A stretch of 64,000 bases of DNA, taken from the NCBI RefSeq assembly GCF_006345805.1, contig NC_043003.1, positions 52,080,001 to 52,144,000 of the forward strand. Direction: 5' to 3'. The first letter of the stretch is position 1, and the number at the start of each line of letters is the position of its first letter. Origin of the DNA: Octopus sinensis. Lineage: Eukaryota. The translations under genes and the position numbers were made by a program. The notes under the pieces are model-generated. The model saw only the letters and a list, made by a program, of their open reading frames with translations. It ran no database searches and was not told the origin of the DNA. Positions 14,222 to 27,491 of the stretch are shown here, in pieces.

Positions 14222-14810
14222 CTGGTCTTACAGAAAGCTGTAAATATTGTAGTAGAGACAGAGAGTGAAAGAGATTTGCTGCTCAGGGAGAGATAATCGT
14301 TTCTAAACATATCCATCTTTTGCCTTCTGGGGGAGATTTTTTTGAAAGATTATATATCGTTGCTTTTATGCAAAAGTGTCGTAAATCCAAAACTTTTCTT
14401 TTTCAGAAAACGAAATAAATAATCTCACCATTCCATTTCTTTTCACATTAGCTTCAGCTTAACAATAATACTTTGTTGGGTGCATAAAATCGAAACTCCA
14501 TGCATCTATTATATTTTCGGTCAGAAATATTTTTGCACAACTGTCGCATGTGGGGCTTACTACACTTTTGAAAAATGTTAAACTGTTGTACTACACTTTG
14601 ACAATTTTCATCTGAAGCAGCTGGAAATACGATAGTTTGACCAAAAGAACCGGCTATTGCAAGCAAAATTAAATATTAAAGCAAATGCATTTGGCCAAAT
14701 TTGGACATACGACAGTTTAACATAATATATGTGGAGTGAATATATATAATTATATATATATATATATTATATATAATATATATATATATATATATAATTA
14801 TATATAATTA

Positions 14811-14861
<51 letters not shown>

Positions 14862-14874
14862 CTCCACATATATA

Positions 14875-15105
14875 TGAGGTGGTGGGTCTGAAAAGTTCGT
14901 AGCTTTGGGTAAAAGAAAATACTGAAGAATCAGTTAATTATGATTTATATTCAACATATTTTCCCCTCGCAGATTCTCACACTTATTGCAGCGGTCCTTT
15001 AGTTTTTCTAAGTTTGGTAAAAAAAAAAAAAAGCTCGGAATGTAGGACCCCCAACCAGGCCTTTCGCGACATCCTTAAAGCCAGGAACTTTTCAGCACCC
15101 CCTCG
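14875..15105. mobile_element. Mariner-like MITE
   Basis: TA-flanked TIRs TGAGGTGGTGGGTCTGAAAAGTTCGTAGCTTT and AAAGCCAGGAACTTTTCAGCACCCCCTCG. Confidence 0.78.
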
Positions 15106-16508
15106 TACATAAACGGATATAATTAAAAATTATAATTAAAAGAAAACACACAACTGCTTGAGTCATATCAGGACATCACCAACACCACCACCACCACCAC
15201 TACCACTACCATCAACTTTGATCATTTTTATTCTCGCCTTCTGTTTCTTGCAGCTACTAAAAACAAAATCTCATGCCTAAAAGTACCCTTGAAAACTCGG
15301 ATATCGAAGCGGTTAGAAAAGTCCCACGTCTTTGGGATAATTCAGAGAAAGTATCCTGTTAATTATTAAAAGTAATTCTTACAAGTGTCCTATCTCTAGC
15401 GTAATCCACATAGTGGTGAGCCCTCCTCGCAAATCTCCATTGGATCTGGTCCTAAATCTTCGAGTAGCTCATATAGAGCACACATTCGTTGGTTGTTTGC
15501 GACACGAAGACCTGTGAAACTCAGGTGGTTTACTAATTCTATTCTTTGCTACGTTTTCTCCTCTTCGTCTCCAGACAATGGAATGGTATAACTTCGTAAA
15601 AGGTCCTCAGTTTTCTAGCAGTATTTCTCGATTATGGTTTCGGCGAGTGGGTATGATGAGACTGTTCGACCATCCTCGGGCCTAAAGCCATGGTGCAAGT
15701 GAGAGTAATGTTGGGATAGCAGCCTTCGACATCTGCTGATTTTCCTGTTGCCTGCTCTCTTCTTCTCTCCAATTTCTCGAGAAAGAAAATCCTCAAATGG
15801 CTTTTACTACCATAAGGGTAACAAGTGTGCCGTCTGACTTGCATGCCTTTCCTTGCTCGATGAACGGGAGCAGCCCCACATGTGAGCGGGATCTCCTTTA
15901 ACTCGTCTTCAGACGGCTTCCAAAACGCTCCCTATCTTCGCGAAGAAGGGGTACGCTAACTTTCTCCTTGTTCGCTCTTACATAAAATCTTCGGACAAGG
16001 AAACATAGTCCCTACTGATACACTTTTGACAGATTTATTTCTCTGGCAAGGTTTTGTTTTTCGTATCTAGAATTTCCCTGTTAATTGTAACACCCGCAGA
16101 GTGTGGAAATTATGTTAAAAGCCAAAGAAAGCAGGAAAATTGTTTTGTTCTACTTTTATTCAGTGAATATTAGATTCTACTTTATTTCTGGAACGTTCAA
16201 ATGATTATATTGACCTCAGAAACGTCAACGACCTGATGACCTCTACATAGTTTAGCAGTCAGCACTGAGTAACATCATATCGCAACGAAACAATTTCTCT
16301 GCGGTTGGCTAATGGCCACCATAGACGATGATCCAAGCGATTGGACAGCAGTCATGCATGGACATGCAAGCACACATACGCACGAACGCGCACGAACGCA
16401 CATACTCATGCATACACACATATACACGCAAACACATATGTACGTATTTATGTTTACATACATGTATGAGTGTGTGTGTGTGTGTGTATTATATACAGAG
16501 AGAAGGAG

Positions 16509-16575
<67 letters not shown>

Positions 16576-16901
16576 ATGAAAGAAGGAAGGAAAGAAAGAC
16601 CGTAAATAAAAATAGGCGCGTGAACTACAGACATAACATTTTGCATTGTACATATGTTCCTGTTTATATGAGGGTCCGGGTGAGGGGATATCTGTAAGTT
16701 TACTTTACCTCGCAGCCAGGGTTTATGAATACCCGATATTCTAAGTATACTAAATTCTAGTAACCGATAAATATCATTACACATACACTCACTCACGCGC
16801 GCGCGCACACAGAGACGCGCCCCCCACCACACACACACACACACACAATAGTATTCATAATATCTCTATTTGGTCGACTCATATACATACACACCACACA
16901 C

Positions 16902-16935
<34 letters not shown>

Positions 16936-17162
16936 TATTATATAATATATATATATATTATATATATATTACATTATATAAAAGGGCTTAGTAAAATAAA
17001 TTACTTTGCCGCATACTGAACTCATTAGAAATAGCAGCTAAAAACTTTTTTAAGGCTATTTCTAATACTTAAAGAAAATCTCTCTCATATATAGTGTTTG
17101 CATAATTTAACTCACAAAAGTTTGGGGGTAATGACATCGAAAAATCAAATGCTAAGGTTATT

Positions 17163-17215
17163 CGAGAAAGTACGTTTCAAGATTAGTCAAAAACAACATT
17201 TCTATCATCGGCTCG
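17163..17215 (-). ncRNA. Hammerhead-like motif, array left arm (further copies at 17710-17760 and 18257-18308)
   Basis: Reverse complement of the motif described at 19676. This copy and the 17710 copy each have a lesion or sequencing error in the stem III palindrome. Confidence 0.62.
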
Positions 17216-19675
17216 GAAATTCCTTGGTTTGGATTTGGAAACACTGAAAATAAGAACATACCCTCTCGAAGATCTGCTCCCAACTAACAGTGCCAGCAAA
17301 TTCAAAATAAGCAAGCGAAGAATCTCTGTTCCCCTTTCCACCAGCATGGGTTAAAATCATCAAACTCTATGCTTATTTCGGTAAAGTCCGAAGCATTAAT
17401 CAGAGGGAGATTAATTATAATTTCAACAATTGAGGGCAAAATTAATTAATTATTAATCAATTTCACCAAGTGTTCAGTATGCAAAGGGACCATTCAAGGC
17501 GAATTCAAATTATTACATTATATAAAAGGGCTTAGTAAAATAAATTACTTTGCCGCAATACTGAACTCATTAGAATAGCAGCTAAAAAAAACTTTTTTAA
17601 GGCTATTTCTAATACTTAAAGAAAATCTCTCTCATATATAGTGTTTGCATAATTTAACTCACAAAAGTTTGGGGGTAATGACATCGAAAAATCAAATGCT
17701 AAGGTTTATCGAGAACGTAGTTTCAAGATTAGTCAAAACAACATTTCTATCATCGGCTCGGAAATTCCTTGGTTGGATTTGGAAACACTGAAAATAAGAA
17801 CATACCCTCTCGAAGATCTGCTCCCAACTAACAGTGCCAGCAAATTCAAAATAAGCAAGCGAAGAATCTCTGTTCTCCCCTTTCCACCAGCGTGGGTTAA
17901 AATCATCAAACTCTATGCTTATTTCGGTAAAGTCCGAAGCATTAATCAGAGGGAGATTAATTATAATTTCAACAATTGAGGGCAAAATTAATTAATTATT
18001 AATCAATTTCACCAAGTGTTCAGTATGCAAAGGGACCATTCAAGGCGAATTCAAATTATTACATTATATAAAAGGGCTTAGTAAAATAAATTACTTTGCC
18101 GCATACTGAACTCATTAGAAATAGCAGCTAAAAAACTTTTTTAAGGCTATTTCTAATACTTAAAGAAAGAAAAATTCTCTCATATATAGTGTTTGCATAA
18201 TTTAACTCACAAAAGTTTGGGGGTAATGAATCGAAAAATCAAATGCTAAGGTTATTCGAGAACGTACGTTTCAAGATTAGTCAAAACAACATTTCTATCA
18301 TCGGCTCGGAAATTCCTTGGTTTGGATTTGGAAACACTGAAAATAAGAACATACCCTCTCGAAGATCGCTCCCAACTAACAGTGCCAGCAAATTCAAATA
18401 AGCAAGCGAAGAATCTCTGTTCTCCCCTTTCCACCAGCGTGGGTTAAAATCATCAAACTCTATGCTTATTTCGGTAAAGTCCGAAGCATTAATCAGAGGG
18501 AGATTAATTATAATTTCAACAATTGAGGGCAAAATTAATTAATCTTCGAGAGGGTATGTTCTTATTTTCAGTGTTTCCAAATCCAAACCAAGGAATTTCC
18601 GAGCCGATGATAGAAATGGTGTTTTGACTAATCTGAAACGTACGTTCTCGAATAACCTTAGCATTTGATTTTTCGATGTCCTTACCCCCAACTTGTTGAG
18701 TTAAATTATGCAAACACTATATATGAGAGAGATTTTCTTTAAGTATTAGAAATAGCCTTAAAAGTTTTTTAGCTGCTATTTCTAATGAGTTCAGTATGCG
18801 GCAAAGTAATTTATTTTACTAAGCCCTTTTATATAATGTAATAATTTGAATTCGCCTTGAATGGTCCTTGCATACTGAACACTTGGTGAAATTGATTAAT
18901 AATTAATTAATTTTGCCCTCAATTGTTGAAATTATAATTAATCTCCCTCTGATTAATGCTTCGGACTTTACCGAAAAAGCATAGAGTTGATGATTTAACC
19001 CACGCTGGTGGAAAGGGGAGAACAGAGATTCTTCGCTTGCTATTTGAATTTGCTGGGCACTGTTAGTTGGGAGCAGATCTTCGAGAGGGTATGTTCTTAT
19101 TTTCAGTGTTCAAATCCAAACCAAGGAATTTCCGAGCCGATGATAGAAATGTTGTTTTTGACTAATCTTGAAACGTACGTTCTCGAATAACCTTAGCATT
19201 TGATTTTTCGATGTCATACCCCCAAAACTTTTGTGAGTTAAAATTATGCAAACACTATATATGAGAGAGATTTTCTTTAAGTATTAGAAATAGCCTTAAA
19301 AAAGTTTTTTAGCTGCTATTTCTAATGAGTTCAGTATGCGGCAAGTAATTTATTTTACTAAGCCCTTTTATATAATGTAATAATTTGAATTCGCCTTGAA
19401 TGGTCCCTTGCATACTGAACACTTGGTGAAATTGATTAATAATTAATTAATTTTGCCCTCAATTGTTGAAATTATAATTAATCTCCCTCTGATTAATGCT
19501 TCGGACTTTACCGAAATAAGCATAGAGTTTGATGATTTAACCCACGCTGGTGGAAGGGGAGAACAGAGATTCTTCGCTTGCTTATTTTGAATTTGCTGGC
19601 ATGTTAGTTGGGAGCAGATCTTCGAGAGGGTATGTTCTTATTTTCAGTGTTTCCAAATCCAAACCAAGGAATTTC

Positions 19676-19727
19676 CGAGCCGATGATAGAAATGTTGTTT
19701 TGACTAATCTTGAAACGTACGTTCTCG
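19676..19727 (+). ncRNA. Minimal type I hammerhead-like motif, array right arm (further copies at 18600-18650, 19133-19185 and 20216-20267)
   Basis: CGAG-CCGATGA-TAGAAATGTTGTTTTGACTAATCTT-GAAA-CGTACG-TT-CTCG. Stem I is CGAG/CTCG, the core is a U4C variant, stem III is the palindrome ACGTACGT, and the predicted site is GUU. Confidence 0.72.
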
Positions 19728-20619
19728 AATAACCTTAGCATTTGATTTTCGATGTCATTACCCCAAACTTTTGTGAGTTAAATTATGCAAACACTATATA
19801 TGAGAGAGATTTTCTTTAAGTATTAGAAATAGCCTTAAAAAAGTTTTTTAGCTGCTATTTCTAATGAGTTCAGTATGCGGCAAAGTAATTTATTTTACTA
19901 AGCCCTTTATATAATGTAATAATTTGAATTCGCCCTTGAATGGTCCCTTGCATACTGAACACTTGGTGAAATTGATTAATAATTAATTAATTTGCCCTCA
20001 ATGTGTTGAAATTATAATTAATCTCCCTCTGATTAATGCTTCGGACTTTACCGAAATAAGCATAGAGTTTGATGATTTAACCCACGCTGGTGGAAAGGGG
20101 AGAACAGAGATTCTTCGCTGCTTATTTTGAATTTGCTGGCACTGTTAGTGGGAGCAGATCTTCGAGAGGGTATGTTCTTATTTTCAGTGTTTCCAAATCC
20201 AAACCAAGGAATTTCCGAGCCGATGATAGAAATGTTGTTTTGACTAATCTTGAAACGTACGTTCTCGAATAACCTTAGCATTTGATTTTCGATGTCATTA
20301 CCCCCAAACTTTTGTGAGTTAAATTATGCAAACACTATATATGAGAGAGATTTTCTTTAAGTATTAGAAATAGCCTAAAAAAAAAGTTTTTAGCTGCTAT
20401 TTCTAATGAGTTCAGTATGCGGCAAAGTAATTTATTTTACTAAGCCCTTTATATAATGTAATAATTTGAATTCGCCTTGAATGGTCCCTTTGCATACTGA
20501 ACACTGGTGAAATTGATAATTAATTAATTATTTTTGCCCTCAATTGTTGAAATTATATATATATATATATATATATATAATAAATAAAATAAAACATGCA
20601 TATATATAAACATATATGT

Positions 20620-21400
20620 ACGTACCTACCTCTACATGTAACATACACACGCATATATGAGTACAGGACACCAAAAGAAGTCGAACACAATGAGAGAAAG
20701 AAAAACAGACACAAACCCAGGAACTGGACCATTTTTTAAAAACAACAAAAAAATAGAGTACAGGACAATTAACACAAAGAAAAAACCCACTTCTTCAGTC
20801 GCTATGGTTTCATCTACTCTACGTTTCGAAGGATAAAAGCGAGACGTATCTTCGACAAGAAACTTTCCTTCCTGCGAAAAGCAAATCAATTAAAATTCTG
20901 AGATCTTTTCGCAGAGGGGTAAAAAATGGTAACAAAAACAGGGCAGTAACGACAGTACAAATTATAAACAGTAAAAGACAGGACAAGGAAAAAACAAGAT
21001 AAGAAGGGCTGTTAACGCCGAACGAAAAAAAGTATTGCGAACGCGGAATTTTTTATGAACGACGAGCGGAGCAAAAAGAATTGTCGTCCGTTACCTTGAG
21101 AGGGCCAGGCCAGAAAGACAGCAGCGGAAGTCTCGTCGCGGGTGAACGACGGGAGGGGGAGGAGCAAGACAAAGGGAGAGAAGAAGGGGAATGGCTGCGA
21201 GGAAACCATGAAGAATGGAGAGGGGGAGAGAGAGAGTGAAGAATGAGAGAGAGGAAGAGAAAAGTTAAGTAGAGGAAAGGAAATCAAAGAATGAAGGCTG
21301 AGAAAGGGATGGACAGAAAGGTTAAGAGTGCGCATCAAAGTTAATATCAAGAACAAAACTTGATATAAAGAACAATTTTACTTAAAGGGCTGCGTGGCGT
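20620..21400 (-). mobile_element. Probable Penelope-like 3' remnant (related copy at 26690-27330)
   Basis: Shares CTTCWTCAGT..TCTACTC..TTTCGA and the downstream purine-rich architecture with 26760-26900. Flanked by (TA)n. The family assignment is inference. Confidence 0.4.
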
Positions 21401-21448
21401 TTCGTTCATAATAATATAATATATATATAATATATAGATATATATATA

Positions 21449-21488
<40 letters not shown>

Positions 21489-21512
21489 TATTATATATAT
21501 ATATATATATAT

Positions 21513-21592
<80 letters not shown>

Positions 21593-21612
21593 CATATATG
21601 CTCGTTAGTGGA

Positions 21613-21870
21613 GGCGCGTGGCTTAGTGGTTAGGGTGTCAGCATCATGAGCACCAGATTGCGGTTTCGATTCCTGGACCGGGAGAAGCGTTGAGTTCTTG
21701 AGCAAAACACTTCATTTCCCGTTTCTCCAGTTCACTCAGCTGGCAAAAATGAGTAACGCTGCGATGGACTGGCGTCCCGTCCAGCTAGGGAACACATACG
21801 CCATTGAAACCGGGAAACCGGGCCCATGAGCCTGGCTAGGCTTTAAAAGGGCGTATTTATTTATTTTTAT
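21613..21870 (+). mobile_element. tRNA-derived SINE (family B head)
   Basis: GGCGCGTGGCTTAGTGGTTAGG A-box, GTTTCGATTCC B-box, TTCTTGAGCAAAACACTT body and (ATTT)n tail. Confidence 0.85.
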
Positions 21871-22396
21871 ATGCTTGTTATTTTAGTTGAACCAGTCTCT
21901 TACTACTCCGAGTTTCGCTTGAGGATGTTATTCAGACACTCAACTATGAGGCCACAGTTTGTTATAGCAGAAACAGCTGTAAGCCATTGAAGCTCATAAG
22001 GTAATTGGTTATTCCTTGGTCCTCGAATATTCTTGTGAATGTTTGTGTCTGTGTATGTATACATTCATACATACGTATGTATATGTGAGTGTGTGTGTGC
22101 CTGTGTGTATATACATTCATACATATGTACGTATATGTGAGTGTTTGTATTTGTTTTAGTATGTCCCAGTTCATGGAATCATGGGACGAATAAACCACAA
22201 TAGAAAGCAAATTATTTAATGCATTAAAGCAAAGTGGATATATGTATATTTTTTTTTTAAATTTACTCCCAGAAAAATATCTTAATTTCGCTCTTCTCCA
22301 CTATCCACCCCTTTTTGAAATTTTGTTGAAGAACGAAAAAATATACAAATATACATACACGCACATATAAATACAGACAAACACAAGCACGTATAT

Positions 22397-22467
<71 letters not shown>

Positions 22468-22591
22468 GCACACGCGCAAACATGCACAGTTATACACACA
22501 TATATACATACATACATACAGACAGACACAGATAAACAGACAGACAGACTGACAGATAGATAAATAGATAGATAGATAGATAGATAGATAT

Positions 22592-22701
<110 letters not shown>

Positions 22702-24121
22702 TGTGCACAGCTGAATGTTGCAGACGTCTGCTAGTTTCTATTGGTCAATGTATGCAAGTTTGTGTGTGTTTTGTGTGTGTGCGTTTGTGTGCGTTGCTTG
22801 CTTATCTGATCATATATTGTGCGTTTCTGCGTAAGTTTATATACGGAGAAAAAATTGCAATATAATACTTCTATCATGAGCAATATTAATTAAAATAAAC
22901 AAAGCAGGAGTCTGCAGCAATATTTTCCTTAATTTTTACGGGAATATTACAAAGAATCTTTTATTATACGCTGTATTGTATGTATACTTTTACGAAAATG
23001 CGACTAAAAAGATCCCTTATATAATTTTAGCACGTTATATTCAAAAAATATTTTCTTACGAAACTATGACAAAGGGCTTTTCATTGTGTTTCCATAATGT
23101 CTCCCTGCGTGTTCAATATTTCCCATCCATAGAAAAGATTTATTTGACAGCAATCTGGACAAACATCCGTCGTTTCGTCTCCTAATATTTTTTACATTAC
23201 TTCCTGCCACAACACAAGTGTCTGTTTTCTACAATTGCCTTCCAAGTAGGAGTGAAATGCTTGAGTGAATAAGATAGTACAATACCTTCCAATAGTCAGA
23301 GCGTTCAAATCCAATGCAAGTGTGTGTCGTTCTGTTTCTAGGCAGAACACATTGTATTCCTTATGCTTTTACTATACCAAAATGTTAAGGAAATAAAAAT
23401 CGTTACTCGCTTTCATTGGTTTTTATTCCAGATTGTTATCCAACACTCACCTACTTCATTTAGGTCATTAAAGCGAAGTTTAACGTAGTCTATCAAAATA
23501 CTTCTGAAATTTGCTTGCAGCTATTGTTTCTGGTTTTGATCCCACAGCGAGGGAGACCATGGGCGAGGGTCTCTTATCATAAGATGAGTTGGTTGATCAA
23601 TGCTTTGCAATTGGGTTCCGGTAGATGACTACCGGGTTTTTTTCCATGGGGTAATAACCTTTGACCGTCACTACATTTCTATAATATTTGGGTATACTCC
23701 GTAGTAAACTTTAGTATGAAAATAAAAACTGCTGGCGCGCCAGTAATGCATGTTTCCTTACGTTTACTGTTTTCAGCCAGGGGATGCGATTATGCTGGGG
23801 CACCACATTTGGATGAAAGGCAAAATCAACTTCGGCAGAATTTAAGCTCAGAACATAAAGAGTCGGAAGAAATATTGCAAAGTATTTTATCTAACGAGCT
23901 AACGACTGAATTAGCTCAGTGCTTACATACATACATACATACATACATACATGTATATACATACATACATACATACATACATGTATATATATATATATAC
24001 ATACATACATACATGCATGTATGCATATGTACGTACATACATACATACATACATACATACATACATACATACATACATACATACATACATACATACATAC
24101 ATACATACATACATACATACA

Positions 24122-24460
24122 TAGAGGATATCTATGGACAACTGTTTCGAAACTTCCAGCTTCTATATCCAGACTATGAATTCATATTCATACCAATAAT
24201 AATTGGAGCACTAGGTTTTGCTAGTAAATGCTTAAAAGAGAATCTGGATAAAGTGGGATTTTCAGAAAGAGAAATCGACCGGCTAATTCGTACAATACAA
24301 GTGCAATCTGTGAGTGGAACAGTAGACATATGTAAGACTTTTCACGGGTTCTAAATGTGAATTTGTCTGTGTTAACTACATTTCAAAGATGGAGCTTTGT
24401 ATCTTTGTTGGAAACCGACTCCCTCCTCAGTAGAAGGTATATAATAAATTTTTAAAAAAT
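24122..24460 (+). mobile_element. 3' fragment of an RLE-type non-LTR retrotransposon (R4/Dong-like) abutting (CATA)n
   Basis: Reads EDIYGQLFRNFQLLYPDYEFIFIPIIIGALG..LDKVGF..IQVQSVSGTVDICKTF*, the PIIIGALG C-terminus typical of restriction-like endonuclease LINEs. Confidence 0.7.
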
Positions 24461-24603
24461 AGAAGATACATATATACCGCACGCTCACACGAACCCCGGC
24501 CTTCTGACTGACTTGGATAAGCAATTCCTGGAATTTTTACACCTGCGGATTACTGTTACCGTTCATTCGGAAGACGCCACTCTAATCGTGATAGAAGATG
24601 CAT

Positions 24604-24641
<38 letters not shown>

Positions 24642-24649
24642 TGTGTGTA

Positions 24650-24681
<32 letters not shown>

Positions 24682-24729
24682 TGTGTGTGTGTGTTGTGTG
24701 TGTGAACTGTAATGCTGATATATATACAT

Positions 24730-24762
<33 letters not shown>

Positions 24763-25511
24763 ACGTACTAATGATGATAGTGACATCTCCAAAAACTAGA
24801 TTATTTTCTTCTTTTACAATGTCAATAGTCTTGAGAGAATGCATGACATCCAAAAGTCTGAGACATTATTCTCGGGTAATGCTTCAAGATTCCCTTGTCT
24901 TCTGGCTTACCAGCAAAGCATTCATGCCTTGTTCTTATCACTTGTGTATTTTCTACGTGATATTGAACACATATATGCAGCACTGTTTCAAAACGATAGC
25001 AATTTAATGTGTGCAACTGTAGCACATCTGTCAGCACATACACGCATCCGCACAGATGTTCACGTAATCGAAACTTCAGGTGTTTGTGGGTGTGGATGAA
25101 CATGCCTGTGCATGTCTGCACGTGACTTTTGATATGTTTGTCTCTGTGTATATGTTAGTCCTACTAACACATGCATTTATACATACGCAAGTACATATAT
25201 ATATATATACACACACATATATATATGTATATATATGTATATAAATGTATATATATATGCATGCATGTTTGTATGTATGTATGAATGCATTCATACACAT
25301 GTGTATGCGTACATATATGTATACATAGATGCATACATATATACATAGATGCATACATTCATACACACATACGTACATACATACATACATACATACATAC
25401 ATACATAAATACATAACTACATACATAAATACATACATATACACATACATACATACACACATACATAAATACATACATACACATACATACATACATACAT
25501 ACATACATACA

Positions 25512-25545
<34 letters not shown>

Positions 25546-26180
25546 CATACATACATACATACATACATGCAAATATACGTTTCTGATGGATTTAAGGTCA
25601 TACGTGGAAAACAAATTCAATTAAAATATTAGTCGATGAAAATGTGATATATTGGTCGAAATTTTTATGTTCCTTAAAGAACTTGGCAATAAATAACGTT
25701 AAAAGAATGCAGAAATCTACTGATATTTTAAGAAGGTTTATGTTCTTGAAAATGGCGTCCAAAATAATTTGGCAGATCGTTAGTCAATCCTCTCGCACAG
25801 ACAGTGTACAATATAACTGTCCAAGTGGAGGACTGTACAAATAATCATATTGAAGGTTGGTATAGACATTTATGTGCTATCGTTAGATCACATTGAAATG
25901 TTTATTCTGTGTTTTACACTACACATTAAAACCAGTTTCTTGTTGAAGTCGGATTATTTATTCTACGAAGTAGTGCTTCTGTTATGTCAAAGATAAAGCC
26001 TTATTTCCTTAAAAGGAATTCGAACTGTTTTCTGGGAATATACAAGAATAGACATTTTAAATTATCTTTTCATTATGTATAGTCTTTAATAATACTTAGC
26101 TTTCCAAATATGTTATCAATCAATTTGACTTTCGACGAACATGACGTTTGGCTAGTGTGTGTTCGAATAATGCGCTTTCG

Positions 26181-26264
<84 letters not shown>

Positions 26265-26394
26265 CCTACCTACCTACCTACCTACCTACCTACCTACCTA
26301 TCTATCTATCTATCTATCTATCTTCTATCTATCTATCTATCTATCTACCTACCTACCTACCTACCTACCTACCTACCTATCTCTAGATGATCTA

Positions 26395-26433
<39 letters not shown>

Positions 26434-27455
26434 ATGTATGTATGCTTGCATGTATATATAAACACACACACACACACTTTCCCCTCTTTCTCAACTGAGA
26501 CTCTGCAATTAAGGTCTAGGTCAGAAGTGTCCCTCGGCTTATTGTAATAACTCATTATCTAAACTAAAGTTGAGTGATCTAAGTTTACGAGATTTCCAAG
26601 TTAGACGAAAATGAGTGGCATTTAGGTCAATTTGAAACTGCCAATAACATGAGCACATGAATGAATTTTCTGCTTTTGTATATATATATATAGAAAATAA
26701 CGTTGGGTAAGTAAAAAACAGGAGAATCAAATTGGAAAACAAGACAAGTAACATAAAAGGCAATCCTTCATCAGTTGTCGGCTGTCCTTCTACTCCTTAT
26801 TTCGAGCAATGAACGACAAGATAAGACTTTGAAGGCAGTTGCTCCCGCGAACCAAAATAAAATTTGGGATTTGCGGACGGTCAAAGTTGATAACAAAAAT
26901 AGGACATACAACAAACCAAACCAAACGAATACAAATAGGGAAGGCCGTTAGGTTCAGATGAGGTATGGTAGCGAATACTGGAAGAATATTTTTTTAATAA
27001 AAAAAACGATAGGAGAGGAGACAGGAATGCGTCTGGACTGCACAACAGACTGAAAGAAAAGAAAGATAATCACGTGAGGAAAGGAGAGATGAACGATGGT
27101 CACGCGGGAGCAGCGAGAGAGAGAGAGAGAGAGTAAAGGAGGAAGAGAGAGAGAGTATAGGAAGAAGAGAGAGAGAGAGTAAAAGAGGAAGAGAGAGAGA
27201 GAGAGAGGCAGACAGACAGACAGAAAACAGGGAAGAGAAGGAAAAAAGAATTAGATAAAACTTACTTGGAAATGTGGCGTGGAAATGAATTAGATAAAAC
27301 TTACTTGGAAATGTGGCGTTCAATACTTGAATATGTGGCGTTCAATTAAATAGTAATATAATATTATAAATATAAACAATATAAATATATATATCTCTAG
27401 ACATTTTTCTCTCTCCGTTTTTTTTTTTGTTCTCTTCATTTTTCCCCTCTCAATC

Positions 27456-27491
27456 CTTTCTACTGAGGAGCGTAGGCTCAAAACGTCAAAG
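27456..27491 (+). ncRNA. Degenerate hammerhead-like motif (GAGC-GTAG-GCTC family)
   Basis: CTTT-CTACTGA-G-GAGCGTAGGCTC-AAAA-CG-TC-AAAG. The downstream tail is homologous to 1-110 and 51580-51680. Confidence 0.45.

Larger units (their letters stand above)
16969..20557. repeat. Palindromic tandem array of a ~545 bp noncoding unit with one hammerhead-like motif per unit (candidate retrozyme / non-autonomous Penelope-like element)
   Basis: Left-arm units start at 16971, 17515 and 18061; inversion at ~18542; right-arm unit boundaries at 18839, 19378, 19917 and 20459, with a partial unit to 20557. (TA)n lies on both sides. Seven HHR motifs. Confidence 0.93.

Noticed and set aside
16218-16242. GAAACGTC..CTGATGA hammerhead half-sites
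   Set aside because: Only 6 nt separate them and no stems can form, so this is likely chance.
17692-20281. Short ORFs inside the array units
   Set aside because: They are 60-97 aa, frames differ between near-identical units, and no motif is recognisable. The unit is treated as noncoding.
16969-20557. CRISPR-like or rDNA/snRNA array interpretation
   Set aside because: There are no unique spacers and no resemblance to 5S, tRNA or snRNA genes that I can recognise. The context is eukaryotic.
27248-27320. 39-bp tandem duplication (also a 17-bp one at ~58522-58556)
   Set aside because: Ordinary local slippage duplications.
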